This document shows, in pieces, positions 38,149-47,574 of a stretch of 50,057 nucleotides of DNA. The number at the start of each line of letters is the position of its first letter. Positions within the stretch are counted from its first letter, which is position 1. A program made the position numbers and the translations under genes. The stretch is from a virus (Duplodnaviria > Caudoviricetes): the IMG/VR virus record IMGVR_UViG_3300046411_000702, positions 1-50,057 of that record; one strand, 5' to 3'. The notes under the pieces were generated by a model that saw only the letters and a list, made by a program, of their open reading frames with translations, made no database searches and was not told where the DNA came from.

Positions 38149-38891
38149 AATGACCTCCATATTTTTGTTGCTTCGTTCTTCATTTCTGCTGACCACTTCC
38201 AATCATCAAAATTTGGTGTATAAAAGGAAGCTAATTCATATCTATCACTTGAAATAGAAAGGAATTTCATTAAGCCCAATATCGTATAATATATTTGACT
38301 TTGATAATATTTTGTATCTACAACTTTAAACTGAGCAGTTTTCGTTTGAGAAACATAAAATAGTTCTAAAGATTTATTAGGGTGAGCCATACCATAAATT
38401 GTTAATTGACGATTATTTGCCTCTGATTGTATGCTTGGCATTCTAGTAGTTGTTTTAAGATCAACTATTTTGTCTTTAAAAACGAAATCAATATAACCCA
38501 TAATTGGTATAGGACAGTCCTCAAAGAATACTTCAATCTTTTCCTGATATGATAAAGGGTCTTTATCTTCAAACCCTGACGCTAAATTATTTAACATTCT
38601 TATAAGATTTGATTGTTCTTTAACACCTTCAGAAAGATCAATATGATTTTCTACTAGAAGCTGATCAAACTGATTCTTTAGTTCGCTGTCTTTCATGTAT
38701 TTGATTTTCTTAGTCAAAAAGTCAGCATAATATTTTTCAAGTGCTATACCTCTCAAAGCACTAACGTTGGTTTTACTTCTTTTATTAAAAAGATAAGTAA
38801 GTATCCAATAGCATGGGTCTTGTATCCAAGTATTAATACTTGAGGGAGACAAGTGTTCAATACCATGCACCTTAAAGGGATTGTTTTCCAT
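38145..38891 (-). CDS. PD-(D/E)XK exonuclease (Cas4/RecB-like)
   Basis: HLSPSS, GYIDF, VDLKTT, QL.IY. Confidence 0.85.
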   Translation of the reverse strand: MENNPFKVHGIEHLSPSSINTWIQDPCYWILTYLFNKRSKTNVSALRGIALEKYYADFLTKKIKYMKDSELKNQFDQLLVENHIDLSEGVKEQSNLIRMLNNLASGFEDKDPLSYQEKIEVFFEDCPIPIMGYIDFVFKDKIVDLKTTTRMPSIQSEANNRQLTIYGMAHPNKSLELFYVSQTKTAQFKVVDTKYYQSQIYYTILGLMKFLSISSDRYELASFYTPNFDDWKWSAEMKNEATKIWRSL

Positions 38892-38923
38892 TTTTTCCTC
38901 ATTCTTTGTTCTTTGTTGATTTC

Positions 38924-38992
38924 ATTATATTGATTTGATATAAGAAGTAAACCTTTTTTAGAGTTTACTTATGTGTTAAAATAAATTATTAC
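38924..38992. promoter_or_regulatory. Back-to-back divergent promoters sharing the GTTTACTT -35
   Basis: AAGTAAAC (38945-52) N10 GTTTACTT (38963-70); leftward TTTACT-16-TATAAT, rightward TTTACT-17-TATTAC. Confidence 0.7.
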
Positions 38993-39013
38993 TTAAATAC
39001 TAAGGAGAATAAA

Positions 39014-39229
39014 TTGAGATTAATCAGCTACATAAAGCAAAATGGATTTAATATTAAAAGCTTTGCAAGAGAAATAGGGACGTCACATAGAAATATGGAA
39101 ATGTGGGCTAGAGGTGAACGTATGCCTAGATGGAAGGAAGCAGAAAAGATATTTATTTACACTAATAATGCAGTTACAGGGCATGATTTATATGAGGAAC
39201 AAATACAACGCAAAAAAGCAAATATATAA
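39014..39229 (+). CDS. Cro-like HTH regulator
   Basis: FAREIG.S....W..GER.P; TTG start with AAGGAG. Confidence 0.8.
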   Translation: MRLISYIKQNGFNIKSFAREIGTSHRNMEMWARGERMPRWKEAEKIFIYTNNAVTGHDLYEEQIQRKKANI

Positions 39230-39515
39230 AGGTATCAAATTTGATTCAAAGAAAGAGTTAGAAAGATATTTAGTATTAGAAAAGCTTTTAAAGTTCAAAC
39301 AAATAACAGAATTAGAAATACATCCAGTATATCCTTTGATTGTTAATAATATAAAGATTGGTAAATATACTGCAGATTTTAGATATAAAAATAAAAATGG
39401 AGAGGTTATAGTTGAAGACGTTAAAAGTAAAATTACAAAAACCAGAGATTACATATTAAGAAAAAAAATACTGGCTACATATCAGCCACCTATTTTAATT
39501 AAGGAGATACTATGA
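39192..39515 (+). CDS. DUF1064 endonuclease-like protein
   Basis: RNKYNAKK..GI.FDSKKE..RY, YTADF.Y, VEDVK. Confidence 0.85.
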   Translation: MRNKYNAKKQIYKGIKFDSKKELERYLVLEKLLKFKQITELEIHPVYPLIVNNIKIGKYTADFRYKNKNGEVIVEDVKSKITKTRDYILRKKILATYQPPILIKEIL

Positions 39516-40156
39516 GTTGGGAAGCACAAGGTTGGGCAATCAAACAGACCACAAGGTCAGCCACAAATAAATGGGTTTTAATGTGTTTAGCAAGTTATGC
39601 TGATGATAATAATGAATGTTTTCCAAGTATAAAAACGTTAATAAAGAGGACAGAACTAAGTAAATCAACTATTTTAAGATCAATTAAAGACCTTACAAGA
39701 AATGGCTTTATATCAGTTAATGAAAGATACGTTGAGTTTGGTGATGCCTCAAGACAAACAAGCAATCTATATAAATTACTCATTAATGATGATGGGTATC
39801 AAAATGAAACTATGGGGTATCAAAATGAAACCCACCCCAGTACCTCTGTGAAACCCCATATAATCAATCATAATAAATCAAAATATACTGATGCCTTTGA
39901 AACGTTTTGGAAACTATATCCAAGAAACGATGGTTCAAAGAAAAAGGCTTATGAATTATATTTAAAAGCTATAACCAAAGATATCAAAGAAAGTGATTTA
40001 CTTTCAATTGTAGAAAAATATAAACTGATAATGAAAGGCAAAGACGTTCAATACATTCCTCATTGTACAACTTGGCTTAATCAAAAAAGATGGGAAACTA
40101 TAAATGAGGAATACAAAAATAAATCAAAATTAAACCTTAATCAATTAGTAGGATAA
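39512..40156 (+). CDS. Replication initiator (N-terminal wHTH)
   Basis: L..LA.YAD...CFPS, FE.FW..YP, YIPH..TWLN..RW. Confidence 0.82.
   Translation: MSWEAQGWAIKQTTRSATNKWVLMCLASYADDNNECFPSIKTLIKRTELSKSTILRSIKDLTRNGFISVNERYVEFGDASRQTSNLYKLLINDDGYQNETMGYQNETHPSTSVKPHIINHNKSKYTDAFETFWKLYPRNDGSKKKAYELYLKAITKDIKESDLLSIVEKYKLIMKGKDVQYIPHCTTWLNQKRWETINEEYKNKSKLNLNQLVG
39794..39854 (+). repeat. Iteron-like repeats, candidate replication origin
   Basis: GGGTATCAAAATGAAAC at 39794 and 39815, a third TGAAAC at 39849, then an AT-rich tract. Confidence 0.65.
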
Positions 40157-40160
40157 AAAA

Positions 40161-41849
40161 ATGAATTTGAAAGAAAAACTTTTAGAGGAAGGGATAAGGG
40201 TCAACTCAAATTATGGTCAACAAAAGACTGTATGCCCTAAATGTTCACACACTAGAAAAAATAAAAAAGAGCCGTGTTTATCAGTTAATGTTGAGAATGA
40301 TATAGCCTTATGGCATTGTCATCATTGTGATTGGAAAGGTTCAGTATATGAAAATGTTGTAAAACCAACGTTTTATAAAGAAAAAAAGAATAATGTAGTT
40401 ACATTTTCAAAAGATAATGTTTTAGAAGATAATGCTTGTAGATGGTTAGCCTCAAGGGGCATATCAGAAAACACAGCAAATGAATTAAAAATATACAGCC
40501 ATAATGATAAAATATCGTTTCCTTATTTACTTGATGATAAAATAGTCAATGTAAAATATAGGGGCATAAGTGAAAAAACATTTCATCAACATAAAAATGC
40601 AGTCAAATGTTTATATAATATAGATAGTGTAAAAAAATTATGGTTCAGCGAAGAAAACAAACCTGATAAAAAACAAATCATATTTGTTGAGGGTGAGATT
40701 GATGTACTTACATTATATGAGTGTGGTCTAAAAAATGTAGTTAGTTTACCTGATGGTGCACCTAAAGAAGCTAAGTATGACGAAAATGATAAGAGGTTTA
40801 CTGCATTTGAGAATAGTGAGTGGATATTTGATGCAGATGAAGTGATAATAGCAACTGACCAAGATCAAGCAGGAAATGCATTAAAATTAGAACTGATTGA
40901 TAGGTTTGGTAAAGATATATGTAAAGTAGTTAACTTTCCTTTAAAAGATGCAAATGAAGTTTTAGTTAGTTACGATAAGAACACAGTTTTAAAATATATG
41001 TGTGAAGCTAAAGAGTTCCCTATTGAAGGCTTACATTCAGCATTTGATTATAAGCAAATATTACAAGATATGTATGATGGAAATACTCAAAAAGCTATAT
41101 CAACAGGATTTGAAAAGCTTGATGAAATATATAAAGTTATGCCATCAACATTTAATTTAGTAACAGGAATACCAAACCATGGGAAAAGTAATTTCCTTGA
41201 TCAAATTTTAATGAACCTTGCAGAAAATGAACATTGGAAATTTGCAGTTTATTCACCAGAACATTCAACAGCCAATCATATAAGAAGATTACTTGAAAAA
41301 AGATGTCGCAAACCATTTGACATAGGTGTTTATGAAAGAATTACAGATGAAGAAAAAAATGCAGGTATAGATTTTATTGATAATCATTTTAAATTTATTG
41401 AAAATACTCAAGAAATACCAACTATTGATTACATTTTAAGTAAGACAAAAATAGCAAAACTAAGGTACGGAATTGATGGGCTTATAATTGACCCATTCAA
41501 CCAAGTAAGTGCTGATAGAGAAAATAATAAGCGTGAAGATGAGCATATAAGGGATATAATAGCTAAATGTCAACAGTTTGCTAGAAATTATAATATAGTA
41601 GTATGGATGGTTGCACACCCTCATAAATTACATAGAAATGATAGTGGGGTAATACCTCCTCCAGATTTATATCAAGTTAGTGGCTCTGCACATTGGGCTA
41701 ATATGGCAGACGTAGGTCTTGTTGTGCATAGGGATTTTGAAGAAAACTCAACGAAAATTATTACAAGAAAGATAAGAGAGCAAGGTGTTTACGGACAGAT
41801 AGGACAAGCAGAATTTATTTTTAACTTTAGAACGAGGTGTTACCAATGA
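40161..41849 (+). CDS. Primase-helicase (T7 gp4/Twinkle-like)
   Basis: CPKC..CHHC zinc finger, TOPRIM EGEID / ATDQD, Walker A GIPNHGKS, IIDP, VAHP. Confidence 0.92.
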   Translation: MNLKEKLLEEGIRVNSNYGQQKTVCPKCSHTRKNKKEPCLSVNVENDIALWHCHHCDWKGSVYENVVKPTFYKEKKNNVVTFSKDNVLEDNACRWLASRGISENTANELKIYSHNDKISFPYLLDDKIVNVKYRGISEKTFHQHKNAVKCLYNIDSVKKLWFSEENKPDKKQIIFVEGEIDVLTLYECGLKNVVSLPDGAPKEAKYDENDKRFTAFENSEWIFDADEVIIATDQDQAGNALKLELIDRFGKDICKVVNFPLKDANEVLVSYDKNTVLKYMCEAKEFPIEGLHSAFDYKQILQDMYDGNTQKAISTGFEKLDEIYKVMPSTFNLVTGIPNHGKSNFLDQILMNLAENEHWKFAVYSPEHSTANHIRRLLEKRCRKPFDIGVYERITDEEKNAGIDFIDNHFKFIENTQEIPTIDYILSKTKIAKLRYGIDGLIIDPFNQVSADRENNKREDEHIRDIIAKCQQFARNYNIVVWMVAHPHKLHRNDSGVIPPPDLYQVSGSAHWANMADVGLVVHRDFEENSTKIITRKIREQGVYGQIGQAEFIFNFRTRCYQ

Positions 41850-42463
41850 TAGTAGAAATGTTAAATATTGATGATATTAAGCCATATCCATCAAACCCAA
41901 GGAAAATATCTAAAAAAGCTATAGAAATGGTAGGTAAGAGCATTCAAGAGTACGGATTTAGACAACCTATAGTCGTTGATAAAGATAATGTAATTATAAT
42001 AGGGCATACAAGATTTCAAGCCTCAAGACAACTTGGTCTTAAAGAAGTCCCATGTAATATAGCTGATTTACCTATTGAAAAAGCAAAAGCGTTAAGAATA
42101 GCTGATAACAGAATAAATGAGGAAACAGCATGGGACGATGCAAAACTAATTGAAGAATTAAATAGTTTACTTGAAGTAGATTACTTAATTGATAAATTAG
42201 GTTTCACACAAGAAGAACTTGATAGTTTATTCACAAAAGAAGACATATCTTTAGATGATGATAACGAAGACGATATTAATTATATTGATAATGATATGAA
42301 TGATGTTAAAATGGTACAACTATTCTATAACCCTGATGATGATAAGGTTTTTAGAGAAGGCTTAAATAATGTGATGGATAAATACAATATAACGAATATA
42401 TCTGATGCAGTTCTTAGGTGTGTAAAAAATGAAAACGATAAAATTAAATCCAGTAATAAATGA
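41846..42463 (+). CDS. ParB/sulfiredoxin-domain protein
   Basis: PY..NPR, GF.QPIVVD, GHTR, RIADN; ATGA coupling. Confidence 0.88.
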   Translation: MIVEMLNIDDIKPYPSNPRKISKKAIEMVGKSIQEYGFRQPIVVDKDNVIIIGHTRFQASRQLGLKEVPCNIADLPIEKAKALRIADNRINEETAWDDAKLIEELNSLLEVDYLIDKLGFTQEELDSLFTKEDISLDDDNEDDINYIDNDMNDVKMVQLFYNPDDDKVFREGLNNVMDKYNITNISDAVLRCVKNENDKIKSSNK

Positions 42464-43409
42464 TGAAGAAGCTAATAAACTTCAAGGTCAATTTATAGAT
42501 GAAAGTCTTGTTAAAATTGAAGTTAACGAAGATTTATGTGTTTTAAAAGAAGATGGTAGTTTATTAGCAGTTTTGAAAAAAAACGTTGTTCCAAAAGATA
42601 TTTTAGAAAAAGCTAGAGTCCCTTTTAGAAAAGCTTGTAAACAATCAAATAATAGAGGAATAGCATCAGGTGATATGTCTCAATTTTACAAAGTTGGTGA
42701 TAAGATTCAAGGGAGAACTATAGCTAAAATAGAAGGAGGAAGATATACAGCCCTTTTAAAAAATGGTAAACTTTCAACAACATCTTATGCTATGCCAGTT
42801 CATAGTTCAGTAATAGGTTATTCAGATAGATATCCAAGAATACCTTACTGTAGAACAACAGCTTATACTCAAAAATATTTTAAAGAATATGCAGAATGCT
42901 TGCCTTACATACATTGTGTAAATACATTTTTTAGCAAACATGCCCCAACTAAATATCATATTCAGAAGCAGTTAGCAGAGAATACTTCACCTGACTTTGT
43001 CATAAAAGATACTGCATTCACTACTGTAACAGTAAATAAAAACTTTAGAACAGCAGGGCATAAGGATAAAGGTGATTTAAAAGAAGGTTTTGGAAATTTA
43101 GGTGTTATTTCAAGAGGTCAGTATAACGGATGTATGACTGTTTTGCCTAAATATGGTGTAGGATTAAATATTAGGGACGGTGATATTGCTTTATTTGACG
43201 TACACGAAGTTCATGGAAATACAAAAGTAGAGGCAAAAAGCTATTATGAACGTATTTCAGTTGTATGTTATTATCGTGAAAAAATGATTTACTGTGGTAC
43301 TAAAGAATATGAATTGAATCGTGCCAAGACTGACACAAAGAAAGTTGCCTTAGACGAGGAAATACAAAAAGCAGATGAAATTAAATCAAAAATATTACAA
43401 GACAGCTAA
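42429..43409 (+). CDS. TET/JBP-family 2OG-Fe(II) dioxygenase
   Basis: T.FTT.TVN.NFRTA.HKD.GD (HxD), DVHEVHGN (distal His), RIS.V.Y.RE. Confidence 0.88.
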   Translation: MKTIKLNPVINDEEANKLQGQFIDESLVKIEVNEDLCVLKEDGSLLAVLKKNVVPKDILEKARVPFRKACKQSNNRGIASGDMSQFYKVGDKIQGRTIAKIEGGRYTALLKNGKLSTTSYAMPVHSSVIGYSDRYPRIPYCRTTAYTQKYFKEYAECLPYIHCVNTFFSKHAPTKYHIQKQLAENTSPDFVIKDTAFTTVTVNKNFRTAGHKDKGDLKEGFGNLGVISRGQYNGCMTVLPKYGVGLNIRDGDIALFDVHEVHGNTKVEAKSYYERISVVCYYREKMIYCGTKEYELNRAKTDTKKVALDEEIQKADEIKSKILQDS

Positions 43410-44133
43410 ATTATGTAAAAAATATAATTACATATTTTATAATAATTTTTCGTCAGAAGAAAATGTAAGCAAACATAAACAAAGTTATATACATTTTGTA
43501 AAAAACGAACAACAGCTTGTTTCAGCGAAATGTTTAGCTACTGAGTGGCTTATCAAAGATATAAAAGATAATAACTTAACTTTATTTGAATATTTTGCTG
43601 GGGCAGGGGTATCATCAATTATATTTAATAAAACTATGAATATAAACTATCATGAAGCAACTGACTTTAATCAAGATTGTGTGAATCAATTAAAAAAGAT
43701 GAAAATTATCCATAAAGCATATAAATCTGATTTCAGAAAAATTATTCTAAAAGAAAATAAATTTGATATAAAAGTTTTAGATTTTCCATACTCAAGTATT
43801 TTACAAACTACTAGAGGTGATTGGAATATGTTTGGATACGCTTTTAGCTCTGAACCAAAATATTTGATATGGACTGATACAGCTAGAACTTATCCTTTAT
43901 CAATTCATAAAAAAAAATATGAAAAGATTTTAAATGATTCACTTAATGATTATGAAGATTATTTTGAAAAATACTCAAATCTTTTGTTTCAAAATTATAG
44001 ATACAGAATAAATAAGGTTGCATGGAGAGGTAAAAACGCAAATTATATTTTGGCATCAAAACAAAATACAAATATAAGTCATAAAATGTTTGAACTTAAT
44101 GAAAAAAATGAGGGCTTTCAATGGATAACATAG
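43375..44133 (+). CDS. SAM-dependent methyltransferase-like protein
   Basis: Motif I EYFAGAG, acidic ATDF, DPPY-like LDFPY; no PC dipeptide of C5 MTases. Confidence 0.6.
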   Translation: MKLNQKYYKTAKLCKKYNYIFYNNFSSEENVSKHKQSYIHFVKNEQQLVSAKCLATEWLIKDIKDNNLTLFEYFAGAGVSSIIFNKTMNINYHEATDFNQDCVNQLKKMKIIHKAYKSDFRKIILKENKFDIKVLDFPYSSILQTTRGDWNMFGYAFSSEPKYLIWTDTARTYPLSIHKKKYEKILNDSLNDYEDYFEKYSNLLFQNYRYRINKVAWRGKNANYILASKQNTNISHKMFELNEKNEGFQWIT

Positions 44134-45242
44134 GAAGATATTGTGCTATTCATGATATATATGAAGATTCAAATTTAAAAAAAGGATATGACTTTCGTTT
44201 ACCACAGTACAGAAGAGAAGTATTTCTACGTTTATATGAATTTAATTTAAAGTATAATGCTCATGCAGGGTTTGTATATGGTGCTTTACCTTATTTGAAC
44301 AATAAATTTAATCTAGATAATGAGCAAAAACTTTGGTTAGGTTTTATTAATGGATGTACGCAAAATATTGTAACATCATGGATAGTCTTTGAACTGTTTC
44401 CTAATATTAAAGAATTTAATGTAGATACATTTAATAAATGGTGGAATATAAATTATAAAAAATTTATGGTTGGCAAAGGTTGGGATTTAGATAGAAGATA
44501 TTTTAAAATAGGGAAAACTGGTTTCCCACAGTGTATTGATTCTTATATAAAACAAGTTGTCAAGTTTGGTAATCAAACAAATATGTTTAATGCTATATGC
44601 AATAAAAATGATAAATATCAAAACTTTGAGAATTTATGGACATTTATAAGAGAGAACTTTTTGAGTTTTGGAAGATTATCAACCTTTTCGTATACAGAGT
44701 TTTTGAGGATTCAAGGTTTAAATATTGATTGTAACAATTTATTCTTAGAAGACATATCAGGAAGTAAGTCACATAGGAACGGATTATGTAAGGTTCTTGG
44801 TCGTGATGACTTAGATTGGTGGAAAGATAAAGTTAAATATTCACCAGAGATAATATCTTGGTTGAAAGACGAAGCAAATATGCTTTTTAATGAAATGAAA
44901 GCACGCAACAACCATGAACATTTAAGCTTTTACACCTTTGAAACAGCTTTATGTAACTACAAATCAATGCATAGACCCAAACGAAGATACCCTAATGTAT
45001 ATAATGACATGTTTTTTAATCGTATTAAATACGCAGAATCAGTATGGGAAAAGCCATTTGATATATTTTGGCAGATGAGGAAAGAATTATTACCAAGCGA
45101 ATTAAGGCTTGAAAATAATAAAAAAGATGTTGGCTTACATCACTTAAAACAAAATCATTATCTTAACACTGGAGAAGTTATAATGATGGATAAGGAGTGG
45201 GAGTGCTTTCAAAACTCTTATAATGATTATGTTAATGGCTAA
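44121..45242 (+). CDS. aGPT-Pplase2 / amino acid:DNA transferase
   Basis: DRRY, FGRLSTFSY.E.L, S.SHRNGL, FETALCNYK. Confidence 0.82.
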   Translation: MDNIGRYCAIHDIYEDSNLKKGYDFRLPQYRREVFLRLYEFNLKYNAHAGFVYGALPYLNNKFNLDNEQKLWLGFINGCTQNIVTSWIVFELFPNIKEFNVDTFNKWWNINYKKFMVGKGWDLDRRYFKIGKTGFPQCIDSYIKQVVKFGNQTNMFNAICNKNDKYQNFENLWTFIRENFLSFGRLSTFSYTEFLRIQGLNIDCNNLFLEDISGSKSHRNGLCKVLGRDDLDWWKDKVKYSPEIISWLKDEANMLFNEMKARNNHEHLSFYTFETALCNYKSMHRPKRRYPNVYNDMFFNRIKYAESVWEKPFDIFWQMRKELLPSELRLENNKKDVGLHHLKQNHYLNTGEVIMMDKEWECFQNSYNDYVNG

Positions 45243-45777
45243 AATAGTAGCTATAGGTGGCATACCTGCATCAGGAAAAACAACTATTATAAAAAAGTTC
45301 TTTTTTAAATACCCAAAGTTTAAAACATTTAAATGGAGACTTATATCAGGGCATTTCATAAAAGAATTAAATTTATTTATATTAGGAAGATATGATGGGA
45401 ACGATACATTCTTAGGCACAGATAAGCTATCAATGTCAGTACAACCAGATTACAAACGTTTTATAAATAAATATAAAGATGTAAATATTCTATTTGAGGG
45501 AGATAGACTATTTAATATAAAATCATTAGATGAATCAAAGCTTACACATAACCTAAAAGTATATATTATTGAGTCATACGATACTGATAAAAGACATAAA
45601 GATAGGAATGATAACCAATCAGAAAAGTTTATCAAAGGTAGATACACTAAAATAAAAAATATCAAAACTTATCTAAATAATGAATTTACTATATTAAACA
45701 ACGACTTATATGAAGATATACAGACTAATTTTGATACTTTATTAAGTGAATTTGATAATACTTTGATAAATAAATGA
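45235..45777 (+). CDS. P-loop kinase, 5-hmdU DNA kinase-like
   Basis: GGIPASGKTT, LG.Y..F.GTD.LSM.VQ, FEGDRL, R...R...Q...F..GR.TK. Confidence 0.82.
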   Translation: MAKIVAIGGIPASGKTTIIKKFFFKYPKFKTFKWRLISGHFIKELNLFILGRYDGNDTFLGTDKLSMSVQPDYKRFINKYKDVNILFEGDRLFNIKSLDESKLTHNLKVYIIESYDTDKRHKDRNDNQSEKFIKGRYTKIKNIKTYLNNEFTILNNDLYEDIQTNFDTLLSEFDNTLINK

Positions 45778-45787
45778 TTAAAATTTA

Positions 45788-45815
45788 TTGACTATTAATA
45801 TTTTTTTTTGATAGT
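45788..45815 (+). promoter_or_regulatory. Possible promoter for the packaging/late genes
   Basis: TTGACT-16-GATAGT just upstream of an SD-less ATG; weak evidence. Confidence 0.3.
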
Positions 45816-45824
45816 TATAAAAAT

Positions 45825-46367
45825 ATGGCTAAGATTCAAAGAGAAACTATTGATAAAATTAGAGTTGCTTTTGTTCAAGGTAACAAAGATGAACAAGGCA
45901 ATAGAGTTAATCCTACGATAGAACAATTATCAAAAGAATTTAATATTCCTGCAATTACACTTTACAGAAAATCAAAGTCAGAAAACTGGAAGCAACAAAA
46001 ATTATCCTTTAATGAAAACCTTGCAATTAAAGTAGATGAAGAAAAACAAAAGACTATGGCTTCCCAACATAAAGACTTTGATAGTAATAACCTAAGGATT
46101 GCTAAAGCCATTCAAGGTGAGATTATATCTATATTATCAGAAAATAATAGACAAAGAAGACAGGGTGAAAATAGCAAATTATATCCATCATCTTTAAACG
46201 CTTTAAGTCAAGCATTACAAACATGTCAAAAGGTTGGTAAACTAGCATTAGGAGAGGCAACAGAGCATACTCATGTTACAACAAAACAATCAACAGTTAC
46301 AGAAGCTTTCGCACTTATTGATGAAGTCATCAGAACCAGAGGAAAAAGCGAACCTCAGTTACATTGA
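45825..46367 (+). CDS. Probable terminase small subunit
   Basis: N-terminal HTH (L..EFNI...TLY.....W), helical; precedes the large subunit. Confidence 0.65.
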   Translation: MAKIQRETIDKIRVAFVQGNKDEQGNRVNPTIEQLSKEFNIPAITLYRKSKSENWKQQKLSFNENLAIKVDEEKQKTMASQHKDFDSNNLRIAKAIQGEIISILSENNRQRRQGENSKLYPSSLNALSQALQTCQKVGKLALGEATEHTHVTTKQSTVTEAFALIDEVIRTRGKSEPQLH

Positions 46368-47574
46368 CTATTATAAAACGTCAAGAGCGAAACAAAGAAC
46401 CCCAGACGGAGATTGGAATGTATGGCTAATTCTTGCAGGACGTGGCTGGGGTAAAACTAGAACAGGTGCTTACGACATTATTAATTACGCTATGAGATAT
46501 CCTAAAACTATAAGTGCTGTTATAGCCCCTACTACAGGCGATTTAAGACGAGTTTGTTTTGAAGGGGTTTCAGGAATAAATCAACTTATACCAGATGCTT
46601 GTATGAAACAAGGTGGAATAAAATCATATAATAGGTCACTTTCTGAAATAACTTTATGGAATGACAGTAAAATAGTAGGGTTTTCAGCAGAGCAACCTGA
46701 TAGATTAAGAGGCAGTCAATATCATAGAGCATGGTGTGATGAGTTAGCATCTTGGCGATATCCTGACGCTTTTGACCAATTAATGTTTGGTTTACGTTTA
46801 GGGGACAAGCCAAGGGTAGTAGTAACCACTACACCAAGACCCACTAAACTCGTTAAAGATTTGATTAAAAGAAATGCAAAAGATGTATTTATTACAAGAG
46901 GAAGTACATTTGAAAACGAAGATAATTTAGCTGAGAGTGCATTAAATCAATATCGTGAAATGTATGAGGGTACAAGATTAGGAAGACAAGAGCTATATGC
47001 TGAGGTTCTTGAAGATGTTGAAGGTGCTTTGTGGAATCATAGAATGTTTGAGTCACAGAGGATAAAGAAAGAAGAATTACCAGAGTTTAAAAGAATAGTT
47101 ATAGCTGTTGACCCTGCTGTTACTCACGGAGAGAGTAGTGATGAAACTGGTATTATAGTTGTTGGTAAAGGCATAGATGAAAGATTTTATGTCCTTGAAG
47201 ACGCCTCAATGAAGGCTAGTCCTGATAAATGGATGCGAACAGCTATTGACTTGTTCTATACTTACAAAGCTGATAGGATAGTAGCAGAAGTAAATAATGG
47301 TGGCGATTTAGTTGAAAAACTGCTAAGAACTATTGATAGGAATATAGCTTATAAGAAAGTCCAAGCGTCAAGGGGAAAACTTGTTAGGGCAGAGCCAGTG
47401 GTAGCACTTTATGAACAACAAAAGGTCAGTCATGTAGGCTCTTTATCTTCATTAGAAGATCAGTTATGCACATATGCAGGTGGGAATAACTCACCTGATA
47501 GATTAGATGCCTTAGTTTGGGGCATTAGCGAATTAATGACTGGGTCAGGAAATGTATTTTGGAGAGTTAACTAA
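46321..47574 (+). CDS. terL: Terminase large subunit
   Basis: AGRGWGKT, LRG.Q...W.DE, TTTP, AVDPA, SPDRLDA; start at 46273 or 46321. Confidence 0.95.
   Translation: MKSSEPEEKANLSYIDYYKTSRAKQRTPDGDWNVWLILAGRGWGKTRTGAYDIINYAMRYPKTISAVIAPTTGDLRRVCFEGVSGINQLIPDACMKQGGIKSYNRSLSEITLWNDSKIVGFSAEQPDRLRGSQYHRAWCDELASWRYPDAFDQLMFGLRLGDKPRVVVTTTPRPTKLVKDLIKRNAKDVFITRGSTFENEDNLAESALNQYREMYEGTRLGRQELYAEVLEDVEGALWNHRMFESQRIKKEELPEFKRIVIAVDPAVTHGESSDETGIIVVGKGIDERFYVLEDASMKASPDKWMRTAIDLFYTYKADRIVAEVNNGGDLVEKLLRTIDRNIAYKKVQASRGKLVRAEPVVALYEQQKVSHVGSLSSLEDQLCTYAGGNNSPDRLDALVWGISELMTGSGNVFWRVN

Noticed and set aside
38145-38891. Cas4-like nuclease as evidence of CRISPR
   Set aside because: No array or other cas genes; it sits beside a Sak3-like annealase as a recombination exonuclease.
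38924-39229. Lysogeny switch
   Set aside because: Divergent promoters and a Cro-like gene are present, but the leftward gene is a nuclease and I see no CI or integrase.
42916-42930. GTGTAAATACATTTT inside the TET gene, identical to the P3 box
   Set aside because: Coding, AT-rich and without a promoter; may be chance. Revisit if the box proves to be an operator.
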